This document shows, piece after piece, positions 50,326 to 63,129 of a stretch of 64,000 bases of DNA. The stretch comes from Anaeramoeba ignava BMAN. Its lineage: Eukaryota > Protista > Anaeramoebae. Position 1 is the stretch's first letter. The number at the start of each line of letters is the position of its first letter. The translations under genes and the position numbers were made by a program. Where the stretch lies: assembly GCA_028826165.1 (NCBI GenBank), contig JAPDFW010000133.1:1-64000 (forward strand), in the 5' to 3' direction. The notes beneath the pieces were generated by a model. The model was given only the letters and a program-made list of their open reading frames with translations, did no database searches and was not told the origin of the DNA.

Positions 50326-53300
50326 TTTGATAAAAAATAATTTAAAATCAATGTGCTCTTTTTTTTCAGCAAGTGGGATTTTTCTCTTCACTCCTCGCTT
50401 ATTCCATTTTTTGCACTAAGCTACTTATTCACAAAATCGGAAATTTTCTCTATTTTAAAATCAAATTAAATTTTAATTGGAAAAAAAATTTTTTTTTTCT
50501 TTTGTTTTAAATTTTTCATAAATTTTCCCTATTTCATTTTTCTTTTTACTTTTTACTTTTGAATTTTTAAATCGTTTTAATTATCAAAATTCAATTTATT
50601 TAAAGTTTAAGATGAATTTACAAAAAATTTTAGCAGAAATGTTCAAGAAGATCGATAAAATAGATGAAGAAAATGATAGAAAACATGGATACAAATCAAA
50701 AAAAGTTGAGAAAATTATCTTTTCTAAGAAAAGTCCTTTAAAAGTCCTTTGGAATTGGGCTCTGATGAAAGTAGATGAAAAATGTTTACAAAAAATTACT
50801 AGTTTCTCCATGAAAGAATTTATTTCAATTTATAATATAGTAAAACCATATTTGTTCACTTTCTATCAGAAATCACAAGAGAAAGAAATTTCAAAAAAAA
50901 ATGTTCTCTTAATCATTCTTGTTTACCTTCGGAAGTATTACATCTTTGAAGATCTTGAAAAATTTTTTGGAATTAGTCAATCTTCTATTCATAAAATAAT
51001 TAGTCAAAATATTAAAAGAATTATGAACCCTTTAAAAGAATGGCAAATCTATTGGATTTCCAAAAGTGATCAAGAGAAAGCCAACATCAGATTCCTTCAT
51101 TATCCTGACGCTATATGTGTAATTGATGCAACTGTGCAAAAGTGTCTTAAACCAATTGATTCAAATATTCAAGGTTTGTTCTATTCGGGTAAGCACAAGT
51201 ATCATTGTTTAAAATCTTTAACTATTCATGCTCCTGATGGAATTCTCATGGACTTCATAACTGGAATCCCAGGTTCTCATCATGACAAGAAACTGTGGGA
51301 TTCGACAAATTGGTGGAATAAATGCCGAAGACCCAAAAAGAAGACAAAACAAAATAAGAATAAGAAAAAAAAGAAAAAAAAGAAAAAAAAGAAGAAAAAG
51401 AAGAAAACTACTAAACAATTACAAAAAGAACAAGAAAGGGATGCTCAAAAAAATTTGAAAAAAGAATATTATGGAGTTTTGGCGGATCTGGGTTTCCAGG
51501 GAATCCAGAAAGTATGTTACGCAATTTTGCCTCATAAAAAAAAAAAGGGTCAACTTTCCAAGAAAAAAATGGAATTCAATCACAAATTGGGAAGTAACAG
51601 GATAATTGTGGAGAATTTTTACGGAAAGTTAAAGCATTTTAAAATTTTGAAACATATATACAGAGGTGAATTAACAGATTATTCAAATATTTTTGTTGTT
51701 TGTGCAGCACTTACCAATTTCAAATTAAGGAATTCACCATTAAGAAAAAAAAAGGAAAGCAAAATAGTAAATTCAAAAGAACTCAAAGATCAAAAGATTT
51801 CTTCAAATGATTGCAATTATGATCCTATTGAAAATTCAAATGAAAATGAAAATCAACAAATTTTATCAAAAAGCTTAACTGCTCCAAGACAAAAAAGAAA
51901 GGATTTTCAAAATTTAGATTTATGTTTTTCTCAGCCTCAATCCAAATTGAAAACTTCTCAATTAACTACTACCAATCAAAAAAACGAATTAGTTATCAAA
52001 CCAAGAATTGATCTTATTTTTTTTCATCCTCAATTTTCTCAAAATCCAAATCCTGGAGTTTCCAAATTACTTTTGAAAGGAATTCCAAATTCAGGAAACT
52101 CTTGTTTTATGGCAGCAACACTGCAAGTTTTGATTCGATTAAATTTAGAATTTATTTTTAAGTATGGAAATTTGACTGGAAATGTAGTTGAATTAGTCAA
52201 GAATTTATCAAATGAAAAAAAAAAAGTGAATTTATATAGAATTCAACAAACGATGAATAAAAAATTATCAAAATTTGGATCAATATTAGAAGAAGAAGAT
52301 GCTAATGAGTTTTATGAATTTGTTTTGGATTTTCTTCGAGAAGAATCACTAGCGATGAGGAAATGGTTATTTTTTGACGCTGATAAAGAGAAAATATCAG
52401 AAAATATTTCAAGAATTAGAGCTTTTTATGGAATTTTAGTTAAAAAAATGGTCTGTGTCGACTGTGCTAATGTTCATGAAATTCCTCAAGAATTTTGTTC
52501 TTTTCCTGTATCTTTCGTTAGATCGAAACCAAAAAACAAAAAAAATGATAATGATAATGAAAATGATAATGAAAATGATAATGAAAATGATAATGAAAAT
52601 GATAATGAAAATGATAATGAAAATGATAATGAAAATGATAATGAAAATGATAATGAAAATGATAATGAAAATGATAATGAAAATGAAAATGATAATGAAA
52701 ATGATAATGAAAATGATAATGAAAATGATAATGAAAATGAAAATGAAAATGATAATGAAAATGAAAATGAAAATGAAAATGAAAATGAAAATGATAATGA
52801 AAATGATAATGAAAATGATAATGAAAAAATGAAAATGATAATGAAAATGAAAATGATAATGAAAATGAAAATGAAAATGATAATGAAAATGAAAATGAAA
52901 ATGAATATCAAAGTGAATATCAAAGTGAATATCAAAGTGAATATCAAACTCAAACTCAAACTGATAATGAAACTCAAAATGAATATCAAAGTGAATATCA
53001 AACTCAAACTCAAAGTGAATATCAAAGTGAATATCAAACTCAAACTCAAACTGATAATGAAACTCAAAATGAATATCAAAGTGAATATCAAACTCAAATC
53101 AAACTCAAATTCAAACTGATAATGAAACTCAAAATGAATATCAAAGTGAATATCAAACTCAAATTCAAACTGATAATGAAACTCAAAGTGATAATGAAAA
53201 TGAAATGCCAAGATATGAATTAAAATTTATGATTGAAAATGAATTTAGTGAAGAAAATATTTCAAAAAAAGATATTGATTACAAATGTGAGACATGCGAG

Positions 53301-54244
53301 ATATTAAAACAATATAATCTAAGGCAAAATGAAAAACACAACAAGAATCCAGATTCCATTTTACAAAAATATGAAGTCAGAAGTTTTCCACATTTTTTTT
53401 GTTTTCAAATTAAAAGATTTGTTTATGATTTTAGAAAAAAGCAAACAATCAAAATTGAAGATCCAGTTCAAATTCCACAAGAACTTGATCTATCTTCTTT
53501 TAAAACATTAGATTGCAAGGAGAATCATTTCAAATATCGATTAAGAGCTTTCATATACCATTTAGAAAAAGAAGATTACAAGCATTATATCAGTTTTATT
53601 TTTTCTGAAAAAAATAATTATTGGATAAAATGCAATGACTCACAAGTAACTACAGAAAAAAACCCAAAAGAATTAAAGTATGGATATCTTTATTTTTATG
53701 AAAAACAAATTGGAAATGAAAAAAAAATATCTTCATCTTCAAATTCAAATTTAAAAGAAAAAGAAAACAAACTTTCACAAAAGAAGGGAAAAAAAACAAA
53801 TCAGCAATCTCAAATTGAGCAAGATATTGAGGAGAAAAATCCAAAATCTGAAATTGGGAAGAGGGAAGAAAAAAGTGGAACAAAGAAGCCTAAACAAAAA
53901 TTAACAAATTTCCAAACTTTAAATTCCTCAAATTTACAAGATTTTTTCAACCTCTTACAAAAGTAAAAAGAATTAAAAAGAAATCTTTCATTTTTTTTCA
54001 AGAATTAAGAAATCAAATTCCATCAATAAAAACAGTTTTTAATTCCAATTTATTTTGTTTATTTTTGTTTTAATTAAAGAAATTCTAAAAGTTATTTTTT
54101 TCTTTTTTTTGAGAATTCTGAGTTGTGAATAGAAAAAGCGTTTGTGAATAGGATTGGAAAATAGAGAAAATTTAGGTAAAAGGAAATAAAAGAAAAATGA
54201 ATGGGAATTTTTTTTGTGAATGTCTTACTTGTTGTGAATATATC
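50323..54244 (+). mobile_element. PHIS-type DNA transposon family B (termini not resolved)
   Basis: DDE_Tnp_4 transposase; inverted subterminal motifs (AAATTTTCTCTATTTT at 50441-50456 vs its complement at 54158-54173; TATTCACAA vs TTGTGAATA); the same 145-bp array on both sides. Confidence 0.6.
50612..53966 (+). CDS. DDE_Tnp_4 transposase fused to a USP/UCH (C19) deubiquitinase; frameshifts inside the N/D/E repeat tract
   Basis: HTH LLIILVYLRKYYIFEDLEKFFGISQSSIHKII; VIDAT, FYSGKHKYHCLK, GSHHD, LADLGFQG, RIIVENFYGKLKHFKIL; in the same ORF USP Cys box KGIPNSGNSCFMAATLQVL, EEDANEF, CVDC; ORF 53205-53966 supplies CETC, FPHFFCFQIKRF and His box YRLRAFIYH...KHYISF...WIKCNDSQV. Confidence 0.88.
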
Positions 54245-54595
54245 TATTATAATTTATTTATAATTTGTTTTTAAAAGTAATTTTAAATAATTTTATTAAT
54301 AAATATTAATTTAATATTATTAATAATATTAATGTATTTTTATTAAATATTTTTAATTAATTTTTTATTTATATTTTTAATAATAATTTATTATAATTTA
54401 TTTTTAAAAGTAATTTTAAATAATTTTATTAATAAATATTAATTTAAAATTATTAAAATTATTTTAATTTTATTAAATATTTTTAATTAATTTTTTATTT
54501 ATATTTTTAATAATAATTTATTATAATTTATTTATAATTTGTTTTTAAAAGTAATTTTAGATAATTTTATTAATAAATAATAATTTAAAATTATT
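54245..54595. repeat. Continuation (about 2.5 units) of the 145-bp A/T array, same orientation
   Basis: Anchor at 54342 and 54472. Confidence 0.8.
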
Positions 54596-56148
54596 TCCAA
54601 ATTTTTTAAAATTTCATTTTTCTAGATTTTTTTTTATTTATTCAAAATGGAAATTTTTTGGGATTTAGAAACTTGTGATCTATTTCCTAACGTAAAAATA
54701 GTAGATTTAATTAATTCTATTTACATCTTCGCATTAGAATATGGGAATGTGAATAAGATACATGCATATTTTAATCAAAAAGAATTTTTCAAAAATCCAA
54801 TTTTTGAATTTCAAAAAATTCGAGATGATTTTTCAAAAATTGGAATTGAAATATCTCTCATTTTAGAAGAATTCTTTGCAAATATTTGTGAATTAGTATT
54901 AAATCATGAATTTGATAAAGCGTATTTATCTGATCAAATTCAATTAAAAATTATTTTAATTACTGGAAATCAAATAATTTTATTTAAATTACTTGAATTT
55001 CTCGAAAAACAAAATGTTTCGGTTATTTTAATTTGTCCTTTGAATAATGATTGGTTTCAAAAAAATTACAAAAAAATTTTGGGATTTAGATGTGTTCATG
55101 AATGTTTTAATTGGCCTCCTATTGAATTTCCACTTTTTATTCAACCAAAAAAATATTTTGATGAAATCCACTTCAAAATTGAAAATCTAAATGAAAATCA
55201 AAACCAAAATCTAAATCAAAATCAAAATCAAAATCTAAATCAAAATCTAAATCAAAATCTAAATGAAAATCAAAATCAAAACCAAAATCAAAATAAAAAT
55301 CAAAATCAAAATCAAAATCAAAATCAAAACCAAAATCAAAATCAAAATCAAAATGAAAATCAAAATAAAAATAAAAATAAAAATCAAAATCAAAATCAAA
55401 ATCAAAACCAAAATCAAAATCAAAATCAAAGAAAGAATTTAAATCAAAACCAAAATATAAATCAAAATCAAAACCAAAATATAAATCAAAATCAAAATCA
55501 AAATCAAAATCAAAATCAAATTGAAACTCAAAATCTAAATCTAAATCAAAATCAAAATCAAAATCAAAATCTAAATCTAAATCTAAATCAAAATCAAAAT
55601 CAAAATGAAAATCAAAATCAAAATCAAAATCAAAATCAAAATCAAAATCAAAATCAAAATCAAAATCAAAATCAAAATCAAAATCAAAATCAAAATCAAA
55701 ATCAAAATCAAAATCAAAATCAAAATCAAAATCAAAATCAAAATCAAAATATAAATCTAATTCAAAATCAAAATCAAAATCAAAATCAAAATCAAAATCA
55801 AAATCAAAATCAAAATCAAAATATAAATCAAAATCAAAATCAAAATGAAAATCAAACTGAAATTAAAATTGAAAATGAAAATAATATTCCATTTCAATTC
55901 TATAACTTATTTCAAAAATCTAGAGAAAAGGAGTATTCATTTCAATTTTCCAAATCAAATACAGAAAACGAAAAAACTCCAAAAATTCCTTATCAATTCA
56001 AAAAATTGATGAAAATTCTATTAGCATTTCAAACAGATAAAATCACGTTCAATGATTTAAAAAAAGTATTTTCCATTTATTATCCTTTTTTATCAATTGA
56101 ACTAAATAGATTTCTTCTTCTTGCTGAGGAACAAGGACTTGTTATACT

Positions 56149-56280
56149 GGGCCTGTCCCAGGCCCATTTGCCAGAAAAAAAAAATAAAAAAAAATAATTA
56201 AACAATTTTTTAATTAATTTTTTTTAATTAATTTTTTTTTAATTAATTTTTTTTTAATTAATTTTTTTTTAATTAATTTT

Positions 56281-56329
<49 letters not shown>

Positions 56330-59300
56330 TCATTTCCAGAAAGTGGAATTTCTCTTTATTCCTTTTTTCAACAAATTTTCAAGTTGTCGAATTGAGATAA
56401 AATCTCTTTTTTTTTGACTCAAAGAAAATAATTTGAGAATTAAATATCTGAAACGATAAACAATATCCATTTCCAAGCAATTAGCCAGAAGATAAGGATT
56501 TAATCTCAGTTGAGAACAACCCCAACACATTAAAAGAACAAAAATCCCACAAGAATTTCCATCTCTCTGATTCCAATGATGCCAAATTTGTTTAATCACA
56601 AAATCCATATTTAAGTAATTTTTGATGAACTTTTGGAGATTTTTTGCAATTTGATAGGGAATTCGTGAAAAAAGCGTTGATTTACTGTTGAATATTAACA
56701 ATTCTCTTTGATTAAAATGTAGAAAAATCACCACATAATGCATATCATAATAGAAAATAAGAGGAATATATTGTTGTTCACTCACAGAGCATTTCAAGAA
56801 GAAATCTATCATCTTTTGGAATTCTCTATGACATTTCATCATATGATATGGAAACATGCTTTGATTTATCATAGCTTGTGCATATTGTTTCAAAATTGTC
56901 TTCTCTCTCGTGTGAAAATTTATCAAGAAATTTATCCAACATTCTTCAATAGGAATTTGTGGGATTTGCTTAAAATAGTCCAGAAACTTCCATAAAATGA
57001 CAGAAGAAAATAGATTTTGAGACCAAATCACAAAAAGCAAAACCCATAGTTGCGATCCCATGGTGAATTTATTATCAATTTCTTCTAAATTTGGAGGCAT
57101 ACCTTCTAAACATTCTATTAAGGGATTAAATTGAAGTTCAAAAAATTCAGGACCTTGATATAATTTTTCAGACAGAAAGAATTCCAGAGAATTCATTATA
57201 TCTGAAAAATCTAATAAGCCATGAAGGTCTATTCTGTACTCCCAATCTTCATTAATCCCAAGTTTTTCAAAATTTACAACTGGTGTTACTAAAGTCAACC
57301 CTCTGATCTCATTGAGCAAATTAGCTTTAGTAGGATCCTCTCGAGCTGAACCTTTACCGAAATTTCTCAATTCTCGAAAACCAAATTTGGGATAAGTTTT
57401 TTCAATTCTTTTGGATTCACTTACATTAGTGACTTCCCATTTTTGAGAGTAATCAAAGTTCGATTCTTTCTTCTCAATACTTGAAACCTCTTCTATTTCC
57501 ATAAATTTTCCTACAAAATCTTTTTTGGCAATCTCTGTGTTCTTTTCTTCCTCATTGATTCGATCATCCATCTCAAAAATGATTTTCTTTTCAATTTTCT
57601 CTTTTCTTTTCCCCACTTTTCTCCTCTTTAAACAGGAAATAAATCCATTATCAATTTTTATCATTGTTGTATTCTCATTATTTTGGTTTCTCTTTTGATT
57701 TCTCTTTTGATTTCTCTTTTGATTTCTCTTTTGATTTCTCTTTTGATTTCTATTTTGATTTCTCTTTTTATTTTCATTTTCATTTTCACTTTCACTTTCA
57801 TTTTGATTTTGATTTTGAATTTGATTTTGATTTTGATTTTGATTTTGATTTTGATTTTGATTTTCATTTTGATTTTCATTTTGATTTTCATTTTGATTTT
57901 GATTTTGATATTCATTTTCATTTTCATTTTGATATTCACTTTGATATTCATTTTGATATTCATTTTCAGTTTCATATTCACTTTGATATTCATTTTCATT
58001 TTCATTTTCATTTTCATATTCACTTTGATATTCATTTTCATTTTCATTTTCATTTTCATATTCACTTTGATATTCATTTTCATTTTCATTTTCAGTTTCA
58101 TATTCACTTTGATATTCATTTTCATTTTCACTTTGATATTCATTTTCATTTTCACTTTGATTTTCACTTTGATATTCATTTTCACTTTGATATTCATTTT
58201 CATTTTCACTTTGATATTCACTTTGATATTCATTTTGATATTCATATTCATTTTCATATTCACTTTGATATTCATTTTCATTTTCATTTTCATTTTCATT
58301 TTCATTTTCATTTTCACTTTGATTTTCATTTTGATTTTCATTTTCATTTTCATTTTCATTTTGATTTTCACTTTGATTTCTCTTTTTATTTCTCTTTTGA
58401 TTTCTATTTTGATTTCTCTTTTTATTTTCATTTTCATTTTCACTTTCACTTTCATTTTCATTTTGATTTTGATTTCTCTTTTGGTTTCTCCTTTGATTTC
58501 TCTTTTGATTTCTCTTTTGATTTCTCTTTTGATTTCTATTTTTCTCTTTTTCTTCTTTTTCCTTCTGTTTTCTGATTCTTTCCTCTTTTTTCCGCTTGTT
58601 AATTATTCTTCTCTTCTCTTGCTTAATTTCCACATTTTTCCATTCTTTTTCATCTCTAAATGTTTTTCGTAAAGATCCATTTCCTAATTTAAAATTATAT
58701 AAAAGTGCACACACTTCGATTACTTGAATATGAAATTGTTTCTTGAGTTGAACCTTTTTCCTTCAAAATTTTCCATTTTTCAAGATCGAGAAAACATTTT
58801 CGATAATACATCGATAGCGGTTTATATGAAAATTATATTTTTTATGGTTATTCTTTTTGTTTCTATACTCTCTTTTGGGTGTAATACAATATATAGCTGG
58901 AAATGCTTTATCTCCAAGAATTTTATGGGATTTCAATAGTTCAAGAAGTCCAGATTTTGTTGTTGCCTTGGAATCATGCATGCTCCCTTGGAATCCAGTT
59001 TTGAAAAATATGATTTTCCCCTTACTATTGCACACAACAATAGATTTGAGAGAAGAATGTCCTCTTTTGACAGAATGATATTTTTTTTCTTTCAAAAGAT
59101 TCCGAAATCTGGGATGATCTGTCCCATCGATTACCCCAACACAGTTGGGGATTTTTCTTGATTGCCATTTTCGAATTTCTCTTATCCTCTCTTCTCTTGT
59201 TAACCAGTGAATTTGGTTGTTGAGAATTTCTCTTAATAAAGGAATAATTTTTTTTAAATATCTTTCGACTGTACTCTTTCCAATTTTCCACATGGCTCCT

Positions 59301-60127
59301 AAGATGCGATAAGTGAGAGAATGCCTTAACCATGTTAATGTGAGTAATAATTTATTTGGAAGATCAAGGGAAGGAATTTGAGATGGAGAAGAAAGAAGAT
59401 TTTGGGAAGAAGTAGGATGCTCTTGTTGATAAATTTCAATTTTGGAAAGAATTTCTTCAAATTGTGAAAAAAAGACAATCCAGTCATATCGGGAGATAAG
59501 ATATGAGAATTTCTTATTTCTGAATATAGATCCCTTTTCTCTGAAGAACGAAAATCCAAATTTGGTATAACATTCTGAGAGAATTTATCATTTTGATTCA
59601 ATTCTTGTAAAAGAGTTGCGTTTTTGTTTTAGAAAGAAAGAAGAAGAGCAAAGATTTAATAAATTTTGGATAACCTATATTTGGTGCCCCAAGTTTATCA
59701 AGAATTTCTTTTCGTTTGTCGATAAATTCTTATTTGAGGATGTTTTTCATTCGTTTTTGATTTCGTGTTGATTTCATATGAAAAAGCAAAAAAAAAATTT
59801 GTTGTTTGTAAAAGAAGAAAAATGAAAGAAAAATAAAAGAAAAATAAAAGAAAAATTAAAATAGAATAAATAAAGACAATTCTTTTTAGTTGGAAGATTT
59901 CAAGAAAAATTCTAAAAAACAAAAATAAAGTGAAGTTATGAGATCCTTTTGAATAGAAATGTTTTATAAAATTTAAAAAAGATTTTTTATTTATTTTTTT
60001 TTCTTGATTTTTTTCGAAATTTCTTTTTCGTTTCCTTCTCAAGACAATAATGTTAATTTTTGAATTTCATGTTGGATTGAAAGTTTATTTGATGATTAAA
60101 TTTTTTTGTCGACACCGGGACGAGCCC
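56149..60127 (-). mobile_element. PHIS DNA transposon family A, copy 2 (3979 bp), TSD ACT
   Basis: GGGCCTGTCCCAGGCCC begins at 56149; CCGGGACGAGCCC at 60115-60127; ACT at 56146-56148 and 60128-60130; near-identical to 4600-8682. Confidence 0.95.
56330..59601 (-). CDS. Transposase-Ulp1(C48)-like fusion, copy 2 (frameshifts near 59460, 59170 and 58760)
   Basis: [14 protein letters not shown]...GSMHDS...LGDKAF...IENVFSIL in ORF 58763-59293; ORF 56330-58714 runs uninterrupted from the transposase tail (CALLYNF) through the linker into the C48-like domain. Confidence 0.85.
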
Positions 60128-60388
60128 ACTTAATTTAAAAGAAAATACAATTCGTTTGTTTCCTGGGATTTTTGAACTTTCCCAAATTCAATTTGAACCA
60201 AAAAAAAATTGGGACAAAAAAGAAAAAATAATTCAAGACAAAAAAGAAAAAAAGATTTATAGAAATAAACTTCCAGAAAAAAATATCTTCAATCCACTTA
60301 TTATTCATTTTTTCATTTTTTCATTTTTCATTTTTTCATTTTTCATTTTTCATTTTTTCATTTTTTCATTATTTATTTTTTTATTAAA

Positions 60389-63060
60389 ATGTCAACAAAT
60401 ATCGAAAATCAAAATCTAAATGAAAATCAAAATAAAAATGAAAATCAAAATAAAAATGAAAATCAAAATGAAAATTTAGAAATTTCTATTAATGAGGATA
60501 AATTAAATATTCCTCAACAAGATGATACTGATACTGATGATCTTTCTAGTGAAGATGAAAATATTACAATTATTTTACAACCCGAAAACTTACCTCGTGA
60601 ATCAACCCCAATTCAAACAAGTAAAGAATCAATTTTAAATATAAATATATTTTAAATTTATATTCATATTTAAGTTTATATTTAATTTTATATTTATATT
60701 TAAGTTTATATTTAAGTTTATATTTAATTTAAGTTTATATTTAAGTTTATATTCAATTTTATATTTATGTTTATATTTATATTTAATTTAAGTTTATATT
60801 TAAGTTTATATTTAATTTTATATTTAATTTTAATTATAATTTATATTTAAATTTATATTTATATTTATATTTATATTTATATTTATATTTAATTTAAGTT
60901 TATATTTATATTTATATTTAAATTTATGTTTATATTCAATTTTGTATTTAGAGTTTATATTTAAATTTGAGTTTATATTTATATTTGTATTTAGAGTTTA
61001 TATTTTAATTTATATTTATATTCAATTTTGTATTTAAGTTTATATTTATATTTATATTTATATTTATATTCAAAATTTATCAATTTTACTTGAAAAAATA
61101 ATAAAAGGAAAACTTGGACAACCTCGAGCGCATAAATCTATTTTTGAAATGAGAGGATTTATGAGAGCAGGAAGTTTAGCAGATCCAAATTATGTATTAA
61201 ATTGTTCTGGAAGACATCCAGATGATCCAACAAAATCAATATTTGAATTTGATATTGATAAAGCAGAAAAAAAACCCTGGTTAACTCCAGGTGTTGATTT
61301 AACTGATTATTTTAATTATGGATTTATTCCTGAAACTTGGAAAAAATATTGTCAAGAAAAAATTGAAGCAAAACAAAATAATCTTCATCAAAAACAAATT
61401 GAAGTTTTTGCAAAAACTGATAAAACAAAAGAAACAAAACCAAAAAAAATAAATGAACAATCTAATATTCCTTCAAATCCTCCTCGTTTCCAAGTTCCTC
61501 CAAATTGTAAAATATTCCAAAATTAAATCAAAATAAAAATTAATCAAAATAAAATTAAATCAAAATCAAAATTAAATCAAAATAAAATTTAATCAAAATA
61601 AAATTTAATCAAAATAAAATTAAATCAAAATAAAATTTAATCCAAAATAAAATTAAATCAAAATAAATTTAATCCAAAATTAAATTAAATCAAAATTAAA
61701 TTAAATCAAAATAAAATTAAATTAAAACAAAATTTAATCCAAAATAAAATTTAATCAAAATAAAATTTAATCAAAATAAAATTTAATCAAAATTAAATCT
61801 AAATTAAATCAAAATAAAATTTAATCAAAATTAAATTTAATCAAAATTTAATCCAAATAAAATTTAATCCAAAATAAAATTAAATCAAAATAAAATTTAA
61901 TCAAAATAAAATTTAATCAAAATTAAATCAAAATTAAATTAAATTAAAATTTAATCAAAATAAAATTAAATTAAAATTTAATCCAAAATAAAATTTAATC
62001 AAATTAAAATTAAATCAAAATAAAATTAAATCAAAATAAAATAAAATTAAATCAAAATAAAATTAAATCAAAATAAAATTAAATCAAAATAAAATTAAAT
62101 CAAAATTAATCAAAATAAAATTAAAATAAAATTTAATCCAAAATTAAATTAAATCAAAATAAAAATTTAATCAAATAAAAGCAAATGATTTTAATCCAAT
62201 GCCATTTCCTTTCCCCTTCCCTTTTATGTTACCTCCCAACTTGCATCCTCCTTCCTTGAAGACTACCTCTCAAAAACCAAGCAACGAAAAAGAAACAATA
62301 ACAAAAAATCAAGAAAATAAACAAAATAAAGATGATAATAAAGAAAATACAAATCAAGAAATCTCACAAAAACCAAAAACAGAAAATGATCCAAAAAATT
62401 CAGTTAATGATCCAAAAAATCAATTAAAAATTGAAACACATCCATTACAACCTCCATTCCTTCCTAATCAATTAAACCATATGTTCCCTCATCAAAATCG
62501 TAAATGCTTTATTCAGAATATTTTATCCTTTAAAATAAAATAACAACCTTTTGATTCATTTAAATTAATTTTTTCAAATCAATTTTTTATTTTAAAAAAA
62601 CTTAGCAATCCCTTTTAATTTTGGACCATTTCCACCATTTCCACAAATGAGACCTCCGAATTTCCCACAAAAACCAACAGAACAAGATCCAAGAAAGCGA
62701 AAATATGAGCCTCCACAAGCAAAATATAATCCACAAAACGAAAGTCAGTATCATAGTGATGGATCAAGAGGAAGATATGCTCATGAAAAACCAATAAATT
62801 TTGAACGAGAAGAAAATGAAAAGAAAGAAATAAACAGCAATCCTCATCATACATCTCGATATGATAATACTGAACGTTTTCAATCCTCAAATTATGATAA
62901 TAAAGACCGCAATCCAAGATCTCATTTTAGAGACAGAAAATATATTAATGAAAGAGAAAAATTTGATGAATTTAAAAGAAGAGATGATAGAGACCATTCG
63001 GGTCATCGCTCTTCTAATACTTCTTATCACAAAAATTATGAACCAAATAAAAATTTCTGA
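60389..63060 (+). CDS. FIP1: Pre-mRNA 3'-end processing factor FIP1 (exons 60389-60620, 61108-61506, 62182-62499, 62606-63060)
   Basis: Fip1 motif IFEFDIDKAEKKPWLTPGVDLTDYFNYGFIPETWKKYC; acidic N-terminus, Pro-rich middle, R/D-rich tail; GT-AG introns. Confidence 0.9.
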
Positions 63061-63129
63061 TTTAAATCAATTTAAAAAAAAATATGATTTTCTTTTCTTT
63101 TTTTTTTTTAAATTTTTTATAAGCAAAAA

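Larger units (their letters stand above)
54647..60419 (+). pseudogene. NYN (MARF1/limkain-b1-like) domain + poly-NQ + LOTUS/OST-HTH-like gene, interrupted at 56148 by transposon copy 2
   Basis: IFWDLETC, YGNVNKIHAY, IILITGN, LEKQNVSVILI; removing the element plus one ACT restores ...EEQGLVIL-NLKENTIRLFPGIFELSQ..., in frame with ORF 60156-60419. Confidence 0.7.

Noticed and set aside
8683-56148. Composite transposon or inversion bounded by the two inverted family A copies
   Set aside because: Each copy keeps its own matching TSD (AAT/AAT and ACT/ACT) and the flanking genes are continuous across each, so these are independent insertions
60270-60305. Candidate right TIR matching the GC patch at 49435
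   Set aside because: Only loose similarity (AAGTGGATTGAAGATATTTT vs AGAGGAGAGGATTTTT) and no convincing TSD
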